From Brevibacterium luteolum (lineage in GTDB: Bacteria; Actinomycetota; Actinomycetes; Actinomycetales; Brevibacteriaceae): DNA of 64,000 nt. Within the stretch, counting starts at the first letter, position 1; each line of letters begins with the position of its first letter. The position numbers and the translations under genes were made by a program. The notes under the pieces were generated by a model that had not been told where the DNA came from, made no database searches, and saw only the letters and a program-made list of their open reading frames with translations. The stretch covers positions 62,001 through 126,000 of the forward strand of contig NZ_JABEMC010000005.1 of NCBI RefSeq assembly GCF_013004595.1, in the 5' to 3' direction. Below are positions 8,780 through 18,400 of this stretch, piece by piece.

Positions 8780-10914
8780 GCCTGCTGGGCGGCGGCGAAG
8801 GGCAGCACGGCAGCTGCGCCTGCCTGCAGCAGTTGGCGGGCGAGGACCGTCATCGTCCAGCGGGAGACGATGAGCGCATCGACGAGCAGCACCGTCTTCC
8901 CGTTCACGGCAGCGGCCTGCTCGTCTGTCAGCCGGAACGCACCGGCGAGGTTCCTGACCCGGAACGCAGAGTTGACGTCAGGGGAGCCGGGATCGCGCAG
9001 CAGCTCGAACTCACCGATGTCCTGCATCTGCCCGACCGAAGCGAGGCCGGCTGCCAGTGACCGGGTGAAGACCGGCCGCAGCGTGTTCGGCACCGAGATC
9101 ACCACCTCGGGCCGGGACTGCCAGTCCCAGTCGGCGAGCACCTTCACGGCAGCCTGACCGATCGCCTCGGGCACCGGAGCGTCTGTCTGCCCGGTGCTGA
9201 AGGTCTCGGCCAGGCGCTGGCCGATTCCCAAATCGGTGAGCCGGGCGATGACCCGGCCCTCGGCGCACCTCTCAGCCGAGGCGATCTTGCCGCGCAACTC
9301 GATACCGAGGCGGTCGAGACCGGTCGGCCATTGGGCGCGCGGGGCGACCGGCAGTCCGACGCCTGCCAGCTGGCTACCGGCAGTCTGCAGACCGGAGTCG
9401 CTGACCTCGGTGGAGAACCACGGGCCGACGCAGTTGTCGCACCGGCCGCAGTCACCGGTCGTGTCGTCATCGAGCTGGCCGGTGAGATAGCGCATCCGGC
9501 ACATCTGCGTGCGCTCGTACTCCCGCATCGCATCGGCCTCACGGGCTCGTGTGGCCGCGACCGCGGCGTAGCGCTGGGCGTCGTAGGTCCAGCCGGCCCC
9601 GGTGGTGACGAATCCGCCGCGCACCCGATCGACGGCCCCATCGACCTGCAGGATCTTGAGCAGCAGCTCGAGCCTCGCCCGCTTCTCCCCCACGACGGTC
9701 TCGAGCGCCGGAATCGACATCGGCTCCTCGGCGCTGAGGCTGGCCAGCACCGCGGCGGCGGTCTCCTCATCGGGCATCGATGCGGTGGCGAAGTACTCCC
9801 AGATCCGCTCGTCCTCCGGCCCGGGCATGAGCAGCACATCAGCTGACTCGGTTGCGCGCCCGGCACGGCCGACCTGCTGGTAGTACGCCACTGGTGAGGA
9901 CGGGGCGCCGAAGTGGATGACGAATCCCAGATCCGGTTTGTCGAAGCCCATCCCGAGTGCCGAGGTCGCCACGAGCGCCTTGACCTCATTGGCCTTGAGC
10001 GCAGCCTCCATCGCCGCCCGCTCATCAGCATCCGAAGCACCGGTGTAGGCGGCGACATTCCACCCAGCCTGCGTGAGCGCCCGCGCAGCATCCTGGGCGG
10101 CGGCGACGGTGAGGGTGTAGATGATGCCCGAGCCAGTGAAGTCGCCGAGGTGCTCGCACAGCCAGGCGAGCCGGCGGGCCGGTTCGGACTTGGCCATCAC
10201 ACCTAGGCGCAGGGAGTCGCGGGCGAGCTGCCCGCGGATGACGAGCGCATCGTGGCCGAGCTGCTCGGCGACATCGTCGACGACCCGGGAGTTGGCCGTC
10301 GCGGTCGTCGCCAGCACCGGGATCGATCCGGGCAGCTCTGCCAGGATCGAGCCGATGCGCCTGTAGTCGGGCCGGAAGTCGTGGCCCCAGTCGGAGATGC
10401 AGTGGGCCTCGTCGATGACGATCATCCCGAGATCGGCCATGAGCCCAGGCAGCACCTCGGAGCGGAAGGACGGGTTGGCCAGCCGTTCGGGCGAGATGAG
10501 CAGCACGTCGACGGCACCGGCGGCCAGGTCGGCACGCACCTGGTCCCATGCCTCGGCGTTGGACGAATTCATCGTCACCGCGCGCACGCCGGCGCGTTCG
10601 GCGGCTGCGACCTGGTCGCGCATGAGCGCCAGCAGCGGGGAGATGATGAGTGAGGGCCCGCAGCCGGCCCGGCGCAGCAGGGTCGCTGCGACGAAGTAGA
10701 CAGCTGATTTGCCCCAGCCGGTGCGCTGGACGACGAGTGCACGCCGGTGCTGGGCGACCAGCGCTGCGATCGCCTCGAACTGGCCGGGATGGAACTGCGC
10801 GTCAGCTCGGCCGGTGAGCTCGCGCAGCACCTCCAGGGCGGCCGCGTGCAGCTGCGGGTCGGAGGCCGCCGCCGAGGCGGTGGCTGGCTGGGGTGCAGAT
10901 GCGTCGGTGCTCAT
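8776..10914 (-). CDS. RecQ-family ATP-dependent DNA helicase with C-terminal PRTase-like domain
   Basis: QRTGWGKS, DEAHCISDWGHDFRPDY, TATA, GMGFDKPD, QQVGRAGR, CGRCDNC. Confidence 0.95.
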   Translation of the reverse strand: MSTDASAPQPATASAAASDPQLHAAALEVLRELTGRADAQFHPGQFEAIAALVAQHRRALVVQRTGWGKSAVYFVAATLLRRAGCGPSLIISPLLALMRDQVAAAERAGVRAVTMNSSNAEAWDQVRADLAAGAVDVLLISPERLANPSFRSEVLPGLMADLGMIVIDEAHCISDWGHDFRPDYRRIGSILAELPGSIPVLATTATANSRVVDDVAEQLGHDALVIRGQLARDSLRLGVMAKSEPARRLAWLCEHLGDFTGSGIIYTLTVAAAQDAARALTQAGWNVAAYTGASDADERAAMEAALKANEVKALVATSALGMGFDKPDLGFVIHFGAPSSPVAYYQQVGRAGRATESADVLLMPGPEDERIWEYFATASMPDEETAAAVLASLSAEEPMSIPALETVVGEKRARLELLLKILQVDGAVDRVRGGFVTTGAGWTYDAQRYAAVAATRAREADAMREYERTQMCRMRYLTGQLDDDTTGDCGRCDNCVGPWFSTEVSDSGLQTAGSQLAGVGLPVAPRAQWPTGLDRLGIELRGKIASAERCAEGRVIARLTDLGIGQRLAETFSTGQTDAPVPEAIGQAAVKVLADWDWQSRPEVVISVPNTLRPVFTRSLAAGLASVGQMQDIGEFELLRDPGSPDVNSAFRVRNLAGAFRLTDEQAAAVNGKTVLLVDALIVSRWTMTVLARQLLQAGAAAVLPFAAAQQA

Positions 10915-11065
10915 GTGGCCGAGTCTAGGCACACCCACGGACGTCGCCATTACCTCACCGTGTGACCAGGAACGATGTCCCGCCTCTCGGCCGGGAGGGG
11001 CGGTGTCCGTACCACTCCGTATGATGGTCTGCGATACCGATCCCGTCCCCTGCCAGGAGGCTGTC

Positions 11066-12778
11066 GTGGCTGCGCATCCGCATGGTCATCCCGGTGCCTC
11101 AAGCGCACCGGAGGCTCCGCTGCATGAGCGGCTGCGCCAGGCTGTGCCCGGCTGGGTGCTGGCCGTCTCGACCGCTGCTGCGTGGGCGCAGGCTGCGGCG
11201 ACGGCGTTCCTGTTCTTCAGCCTCGGATCGGCTCTCGATGTGCTCAGCTTCGGTAAGCGCCTGCTGCCAACGGAGATCCTCACGCTCATCCTCATCGCCG
11301 CCGCAGCTGCGATCTGGGCCGCTGCCGGTGCCGGGTTCTCCGCCTGGGCTGCCTCGGATGCCGAGAAGCAGCTGCGCGCGGCCGCGCTTGGCAGCCTCTA
11401 CCGCCTCGGTGCTGTCGATGTGCAGTCGCGGGCCGGTTCCCTGCTGTCGCTGCTCACCGATGGGGTGCAGCGGACCGCGAACTACCGGGCGGCGTTCATC
11501 GGCCCGATGATCGGTGCGCTGACCACCCCGCTGCTCGTGCTGGCGATCATGGCGCTGACCGTGAGCGGGCGGATCGCCGGGTTCCTCGCCCTGCTGCTGC
11601 TCATCGTCCCGGTCGTCATCGCCGGGTTCCGGCGGGCGGTGCGCCCGATCGGCCGGTCGTACCGGATGACACAGGGCCGTCTGACCGCTGCCTTCCTCGA
11701 GGCGATCCAGGCGCTTGACACCCTCGTCTACGCGCGCGCTGCCGGGCGCACCGCTGCTGAGCTGGCCCGACGCGGGGAGGAGCACCGGTCGAGCATCATG
11801 CGGATGCTGGCCGGCAACCAGCTGCTCATCTTCGTCGTCGACGCCGCCTTCTCCCTCACCGTCGTCGTCGCCGCCACCGCCCTGGCGCTGCAGGGCCTGG
11901 CCGCCGGCACGCTGAGCCTCGGCGGGGCGCTGGCGGTCCTGCTCATGACCACGCTTGTCATCGGTCCGGTCGACATCATCGGCCGGTTCTTCTACATCGG
12001 CATCAGCGGCCGGGCAGCCCAGCGCAGTCTCAGTGAGCACCTGCATTCCGGCACCGCGCCCGAGGTGGCAGCCGGCGCGGGTGCTGTACGTCCCCGCGGG
12101 GACGTCGAGACCGCCGGGGCTGCGCTCAGCCTCAGCGAGGTCACCGCGGGCTGGCCGGGTGGGCCACCGGTGTTCACCAGGCTCAGCCTCGACATCGCAC
12201 CCGGTGAGCATGTCGCGCTCATCGGTCCTTCGGGTGCCGGGAAGTCGACGATCGCCGCCCTCCTGCAGGCCCACCTGCTGCCGCGTTCCGGCGAGGTGAG
12301 CGTCGCCGGGCTCGACACCGGGGAAGCGGATCGTGCAGCGGTGCGCGAGCAGCTGGCCGTCGTTGAGCAGCAGACGTTCCTGTTCCTCGGCACGATCGAG
12401 GACAACCTGCGCATCGCCGCTCCCGAGGCCGATGACGACCAGCTGTGGGAGGCACTGGAGACTGCCGGGCTGGCTGCCGATGTGCGGAATATGCCGGCAG
12501 GTCTGGCGACACCGGTCGGTGAGCACGGTCGGCTGCTCTCCGGCGGGCAGGCGCAGCGGCTGGCGATCGCCCGGGCTGCGCTGCGTGATGCCCCGATCCT
12601 CATCCTCGACGAGCCGACCAGCCAGGTCGATCTGGCCGGTGAGGCGGCGATCCTTGAGGCCCTGCGCCGGCTGGCTGCCGGCCGCACGGTGCTCACGATC
12701 GCCCACCGTCCGTTGGCGGTGCTCTCGGCTGACCGGGTCATCGACCTGCGTCAGCTGATGGCGGAGGCGCCGTCATGA
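11066..12778 (+). CDS. ABC exporter fused TMD-NBD (CydD-like)
   Basis: TM helices, GPSGAGKST, LSGGQAQR, ILDEPTS; GGAGG RBS before GTG at 11066. Confidence 0.88.
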   Translation: MAAHPHGHPGASSAPEAPLHERLRQAVPGWVLAVSTAAAWAQAAATAFLFFSLGSALDVLSFGKRLLPTEILTLILIAAAAAIWAAAGAGFSAWAASDAEKQLRAAALGSLYRLGAVDVQSRAGSLLSLLTDGVQRTANYRAAFIGPMIGALTTPLLVLAIMALTVSGRIAGFLALLLLIVPVVIAGFRRAVRPIGRSYRMTQGRLTAAFLEAIQALDTLVYARAAGRTAAELARRGEEHRSSIMRMLAGNQLLIFVVDAAFSLTVVVAATALALQGLAAGTLSLGGALAVLLMTTLVIGPVDIIGRFFYIGISGRAAQRSLSEHLHSGTAPEVAAGAGAVRPRGDVETAGAALSLSEVTAGWPGGPPVFTRLSLDIAPGEHVALIGPSGAGKSTIAALLQAHLLPRSGEVSVAGLDTGEADRAAVREQLAVVEQQTFLFLGTIEDNLRIAAPEADDDQLWEALETAGLAADVRNMPAGLATPVGEHGRLLSGGQAQRLAIARAALRDAPILILDEPTSQVDLAGEAAILEALRRLAAGRTVLTIAHRPLAVLSADRVIDLRQLMAEAPS

Positions 12779-14586
12779 CGCATGCGACTGCCCGCCGCCG
12801 GGAGCTCACCGGCTGGCTCATCAGTCAGACCCGCGGGCTTCTCGCCCCGCTCGGCCTGGCGGTCATCGCCCGGGTGCTCGGCCAGCTGCTCGGGGTCGCA
12901 CTCTTCGTCGTCGCCGCGTCGCTGCTCATCCGTGCTGCGGGCCCGCAGCTGTCAGGCCAGTCCGTCGGCACCGGGGTTGCTGTCGCCGTGCTGGCCGGCC
13001 TGGCGATCGTCAAGGCGCTGCTGCGCTACGCCGAACACTATGCCGGTCACTATGTCGCCTTCACCTCGCTGCAGCGGCTGCGCGATGCCTTCTTCGCCCG
13101 GCTGATCCCCCAGGCGCCTGCTGCGACGCAGGGCCGTGCGGGAGCCGAGCTGGCGAGCCGGGCCACCTCGGACATCGACCGGATCGAGGTGTTCTTCGCC
13201 CACACCCTGCCGCCGGCTGTCTCCGCAGTCGCCGTCCCGGTGATCGCACTCCTCTGGCTCGGCATCGCTGTGGATCCGTGGCTGGCGCTGATACTGGCGA
13301 TTGCCGTCCTGGCGCTGCTGGCCCTGCCACTGCTGACCCGGCGCGGGGCCGTCGACTCCGCCAACGCGGTGGCACGCGTGCGCGGCCAGATCGCCGAGCG
13401 CCTCGGCGACGATGTGCAGGGCATGCGCGAGATCCTCGGATTCGGTATCACCGACCAGCGACTCGACGGCCTCGAACGCGTTGACGACGAACGCACGACA
13501 GCTGCCGCGCAGGTCGGGACGAGTCAGGCGATCCGGGCGGGCCTGTCGGTGCTGCTGCAGGGCGGGGGTCTCATCGCCGTCCTCCTCGTCGGTGCCGGCA
13601 CCGGAGCCTCACCGGCTGCGATCATGACAGCGCTGGCCGTCGGCATCGGGCTCATCGGCCCTGCCCGCGGGTTCGAGGACTACATCACCGGTCTCGACAA
13701 CGCCTTCGCCGCCACCTCCCGCATCCGCGAGATCATGGACGCTGTTCCTGCCGTCAGCGACTCCGCCAGCCGCACAGCCCCCGCAGCTTTCGCTGCCACC
13801 GGTGACGCACGCGAATCTGAGGCTGGCTCCGGTCCGGCAGCGACCGCCTCACGCAGTGGTGCGGCTGCGAGTGTCGAATTCGACGACGTCACCTTCAGCT
13901 ATGACCCGAACGCCGGGCCGCAAGCACTTGAGTGCGTGACACTGCACGCTGAGGCGGGGACGTGGACGCATATCGTCGGGGTCTCCGGCAGCGGCAAATC
14001 CACGCTGGCTGGGCTGCTGCTGCGCGGCTGGGACCCCGAATCCGGTGTAGTGCGCCTGGCCGGCACCGATGTGCGCGAGCTGCCGCTTGCCGAGCTGCGT
14101 TCACGCATCTCACTGGCCCCGCAGCGACCGACAACACTGCGCGGAACCCTGCGGGAGAACGTCACGCTGGCCGCCCCTGATGCCACCGATGAGCAGATCG
14201 CTGAGGCACTGACGCTCGCCGGCCTGCCCGACTGGACTGAGCGGCTGGCAGAGCCGGTCGGCGCGCGCGGTCAGAGCCTCTCCGGTGGGCAGCTGCAGCG
14301 GCTGTCCCTGGCCCGCGCACTGCTGCCGAACCCGCAGGTGCTCATCATCGATGAGGGCCTCAGCCAACTCGATGCCGACACCGCAGCCGAGGTCCGGCAG
14401 CGTCTGCAGTCGATCGAGAACCTCACGATCATCGAGATCACCCACCGGGCCGACCTCATCGACGATACGGCTGCTGTGTGGGTGCTCGACCTCGGCACGG
14501 TCGTCGAATGGGGCACCGCTGGCCAGCTGCGTTCACGCAACGGCCCGTTCCAGCGGCTTGAGGCGCGCATGGCCTACGATGCCTGA
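12775..14586 (+). CDS. ABC exporter fused TMD-NBD (CydC-like)
   Basis: RYAEHYAGH, DIDRIE, GVSGSGKST, LSGGQLQR; ATGA overlap with the upstream gene. Confidence 0.88.
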   Translation: MTHATARRRELTGWLISQTRGLLAPLGLAVIARVLGQLLGVALFVVAASLLIRAAGPQLSGQSVGTGVAVAVLAGLAIVKALLRYAEHYAGHYVAFTSLQRLRDAFFARLIPQAPAATQGRAGAELASRATSDIDRIEVFFAHTLPPAVSAVAVPVIALLWLGIAVDPWLALILAIAVLALLALPLLTRRGAVDSANAVARVRGQIAERLGDDVQGMREILGFGITDQRLDGLERVDDERTTAAAQVGTSQAIRAGLSVLLQGGGLIAVLLVGAGTGASPAAIMTALAVGIGLIGPARGFEDYITGLDNAFAATSRIREIMDAVPAVSDSASRTAPAAFAATGDARESEAGSGPAATASRSGAAASVEFDDVTFSYDPNAGPQALECVTLHAEAGTWTHIVGVSGSGKSTLAGLLLRGWDPESGVVRLAGTDVRELPLAELRSRISLAPQRPTTLRGTLRENVTLAAPDATDEQIAEALTLAGLPDWTERLAEPVGARGQSLSGGQLQRLSLARALLPNPQVLIIDEGLSQLDADTAAEVRQRLQSIENLTIIEITHRADLIDDTAAVWVLDLGTVVEWGTAGQLRSRNGPFQRLEARMAYDA

Positions 14587-15186
14587 GTGATTCTCCACCT
14601 GCTCACCGGCGCGCTGACGGGCTGGTCGCTCATCATCGCCGTCGGCCCACAGAACGCTCTGGTGCTCCGGCAGGGCATCCGCCGCGAACACCTCGGCGTC
14701 GTGCTGGCCATCTGCATCATCGCCGATGTTGCGCTCATCGGCCTGGGCACCATCGGCATCGGCGGTCTCATTCTGCTGGTGCCCTGGTTGCTGACAGCCC
14801 TCAAGTGGCTGGGTGCTGCCTATCTTGTGTGGTTCGCTCTCATCACGCTGCGCTCCGCCTGGCACACCACCGGTCTGAGCGCCGATGCACAGCCGCGCAC
14901 CCGCAGGCAGATCGTGCGCACGACTCTGGCGCTGACCTTCCTCAACCCCGGCGTCTACCTCGACACCGTCGTCATGGTCGGCAATCTGGCCAATCAGCAG
15001 GGTGCAGACGGGCGGTGGTGGTTCATGCTCGGGGCGATGGCCGCCTCGGTCAGCTGGTTCCTTGTCATCGGCTTCGGTTCCCGAGCGCTGGCGCCCGTCC
15101 TGGCCAAACCGCGCCTCTGGCAGGCAATCGACGTCGCGATCGCCGTTGTCATCGTCGTTTTAGCGGTCCGTCTCGTGCTCTCCTGA
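14587..15186 (+). CDS. LysE/ArgO-family amino acid exporter
   Basis: LIIAVGPQNALVLRQG, LTFLNPGVYLDT. Confidence 0.93.
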   Translation: MILHLLTGALTGWSLIIAVGPQNALVLRQGIRREHLGVVLAICIIADVALIGLGTIGIGGLILLVPWLLTALKWLGAAYLVWFALITLRSAWHTTGLSADAQPRTRRQIVRTTLALTFLNPGVYLDTVVMVGNLANQQGADGRWWFMLGAMAASVSWFLVIGFGSRALAPVLAKPRLWQAIDVAIAVVIVVLAVRLVLS

Positions 15187-15472
15187 GCCGGTATCAGCGG
15201 ACGCCTCGCCTACGTCACCGGCAGTTGCTTCACTGCCGGTCTCAGGCACATCTTCGGCTGGGCGTGTGGCGGAGTCGACTCGGCGTGGATTCGGCCGTGA
15301 TGCCCATGCCGGGACCGGGTGGGATCTCGTCGCCCAATGCGGTGGCCGGTCTGCCAGCAGCCGCTCGTCGCCGTTGGCCTCCGAAGCCGGAGTGGACCCC
15401 CCGGATTCGTTGCGCAGAGTGCGCCGATAGGCCTCGATCGCAGCCTGCACCCGCGGATCCTTCGTCACGGTC

Positions 15473-18400
15473 TCAGCACTTCCGGTTGTCAGCCCCGGCA
15501 GCATTTCCGGCGGGCTCGTCGGCATCCGCTGCTGCTGGGGATGCGGCGTCCTCCACAGTGGAGGCATCGGCGGACTTCCGTTCGGCTCCCGTGCTGCCGC
15601 TGGATGAGTCGGCTGCCTCAGCCTCGTCCTCATCTGCCGTGGTGCTCGCAGTCGGTGTGGGGTTCTTACCTGCCGTGGTAGTCGCTCGTACAAAGCTCTC
15701 GCCTGCAGCAGTGCTCTCGCCTGCAGCAGTGCTGTTGTCCTTGCTGTCATCCGGCGCCGCGGAGCTGTCCGCTTCGTCACTGTCGACCAGCCCGGCGTCA
15801 AGCAGCTCCTGTTCGCGCAGCTTGCCGGTGTCGTACTGCGGCATGACAGCGGTCTGGTCCGGTCTGGCATCAGCGGCCGGGACGAAGACGTCTTCTTCTC
15901 GCTGACTCGTGCCCGCATGGGTGGACTTGCGTTCGTTGGCGCGGCGGCGGAATCGCTGCACGGCTTCAGTGAGCACACTGTCGACGCGGTGGGCGCGGCT
16001 CTTGACAGCCAGCGCGGAGCGCAGCTGGTCCTTCAGCCCGGCGTCGGTGCGCGAAACACCATCAGATTGGATCCAGTTGAGCATCGCATCGAAGTCCTCA
16101 GCCGAGTAGGTGTAGACCGGCAGGCCCGGGGTCACGCGCGGGCGGTTGCCCTGCCGGCCAACGACGACGGCTGCCGCGCGGGCGGCGTTGAGCACTGCCT
16201 GCGGGGAGAGCTCCTCGACGGTGTCCTTCCAGACGTCGAAGATCCGCTCGGCCTCGCGCTGCGGATCGACGAACGCATCGGTCGTCCACACCCGCAGGCT
16301 CCGCCAGCCGTGGCGGGCCAAGTTCTCAGGCCGCAGACGTTCGCGTTCGCGGATGCTCTTCCGGCTGACATAGGAGGCCCCGTCGGATTCGACGGCGACA
16401 GCCATGCCCTCATCCCCTGCAGCGGAGACGGCCACAGCCAGGTCGATGCCGGCGTATCCGGCGTGGGGTTCGACACCCATGCGGATAAGGCGCTCGGCCA
16501 GGTCATCGATGACAGGGGCGACGTCGTTGTAGATCGCCAGCTCGACACCGGCATCCTCAACGGGTGCCGCCTCGGCACCGCCAGCCCCGGCGTCGGTGGT
16601 TCCGGACTCCGCCTCCGAGGTATCGTCGTCCGACTCGACGATACGGCTTGCAGCCGTCGAGCCGTTGTCGATTCGCTGCGCCGGCGTGTGGGCTGCACCG
16701 TCGGTCTCGTCGTCACCGGCCGTCTCGGCAGCCTCACCGGCGGCAGAGGAGGTGCCCTCCGCCTCGGGTGCGGTGTCTGCCTGCGGGCTCAGCCCGCCGG
16801 CGGCCACGGCTGCCAGCAGGTCCGGCAGCACGGCGGCACCGTGGCGCAGCCGAGCGGGATCGAAGTCGTCGGCCTCGAAGCAGGAGACGAGCGTGAGCTT
16901 GCGGCGGGCGCGGGTGACGGCAGCGGCCAGCAGCTTCTCACCGTCAGGTTCGGACAAGGCGCCGAAGTTGTAGATGACCCGGCCCTGGCGGGTGCGGCCG
17001 TAGCCGAGGGAGAAGATGACGGCGTCGCGGGCCATGCCCTGGATCTGCTTGCAGTCGGTGACGACGAAGGGCTCCTTCGACCCGTCCGAGAAGAAGGAGG
17101 CGACATACGGGTATTGGCGGATTGCCTGCTGAATGCCGGCGGCCACGCGCTTGGCGTGCCACGGGGTGAGGGTGATGACGGCCAGCGACTGGCGGGCGTT
17201 GGTGCGGGCGTGTTTGAGCACGAGGTCCACGACCCGCTGCACTTCGGCATCAAGGCTCTCGACCTGGCCGGTGGCGGTGTCCGGGGAGCCGAAGGCGTCG
17301 GGCACATACGCGAACTCCAGGCCGGTGCCCTCGTTCGTGTGGGCGCTCGGCAGGCCGGTGATGGTGCCGTCGTAGAACTGCTCGTTCACGAGCCCGAGCA
17401 GGCCTGCTGGGGAGAGCCTGTAGCTGGTGTGCAGGCTGCGCACGGGCAGGAACTCGCGCAGCTCAGCGAGCACGCTCGGGGTGCCGAAGCCGTTGGGCAC
17501 GGTGCGCCGGTCGACGGCGACACTGAAGTCGCGCGGCCCGAGCAGCCGGTCGTCGCCCATTGCGATGATCTGCTTGCCGCGGGCGATCGCCGGCAGCACC
17601 TCGGGTACGGACATCCGGCCGGCGTCGGCGAGGATGACGGTGTCGAACATCGGCAGGTCGGCGAAGTGCTGCGGCACGTCGAACGGGCTCATGAGCCAGA
17701 CCGGGGCGAGCGCGCCGAGCACATCGGGAGCGGTGAGGCTCAGCGGTTCGACGCGGAACTGGCGCGACCGCAGGGCTGCACGCAGCGCCTGGGCCTGCTG
17801 GCCGTGTTCGCCGATCGCGTGCTTCCACCCCTGGGCGTGCGACCACTGCAGGCGCTGAGCGCCGGCAGCGACGTACTGGCGGTCGCAGATGCGGAAGTCG
17901 GCGGCGGTGCGGTGCATCGCCTCGGAGTCGTGCTGGCCGATCTGCGGGTCCTCGGCGGCCAGGCGCTGCAGCACGGTCGCCCAGTAGGCGAGGTCGAACT
18001 CCTCGCCGACGAGTTCGTGGGCGGCGCGGCGCGAGCGCAGGTCGTCGATGAGCTCGCCGAGCCCGGCTCGGCGCAGCTCGGCATCGAGGTGGGTGCGCGC
18101 CGGCAGATCAGACAGGGCCTCCTTGTCCTCCCCCATCGCCTGCAGGCGGGCGTGGAGCTCCTCGACGAGCATCTCGTCAAGGTCGCCGCCGTCCGGGGTG
18201 TCGGCCATGACCGGTGAGAGCTTGTCGAGGTCGGCTTGGACCTCCTGGTACTTCTCCTCGGCGTCGAGCAGCCCGCGGGGCACCTTGAGCCGGGTGCCTC
18301 CGCCGGCGAGATCCTTGAGGGCGGCACGCTCGTCGCGGGCGGCGATGAGGGCTGAGTGCAGGTCATCGACATGCGCCCCGGGCCGCAGGAATTCGCGGGC

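Noticed and set aside
10709..11065. N-terminal extensions in the ORF track (ABC gene, galU, serC, mmsB, ideR, ppk2)
   Set aside because: They overlap divergent genes or promoters; downstream starts with an RBS or -10 box fit better
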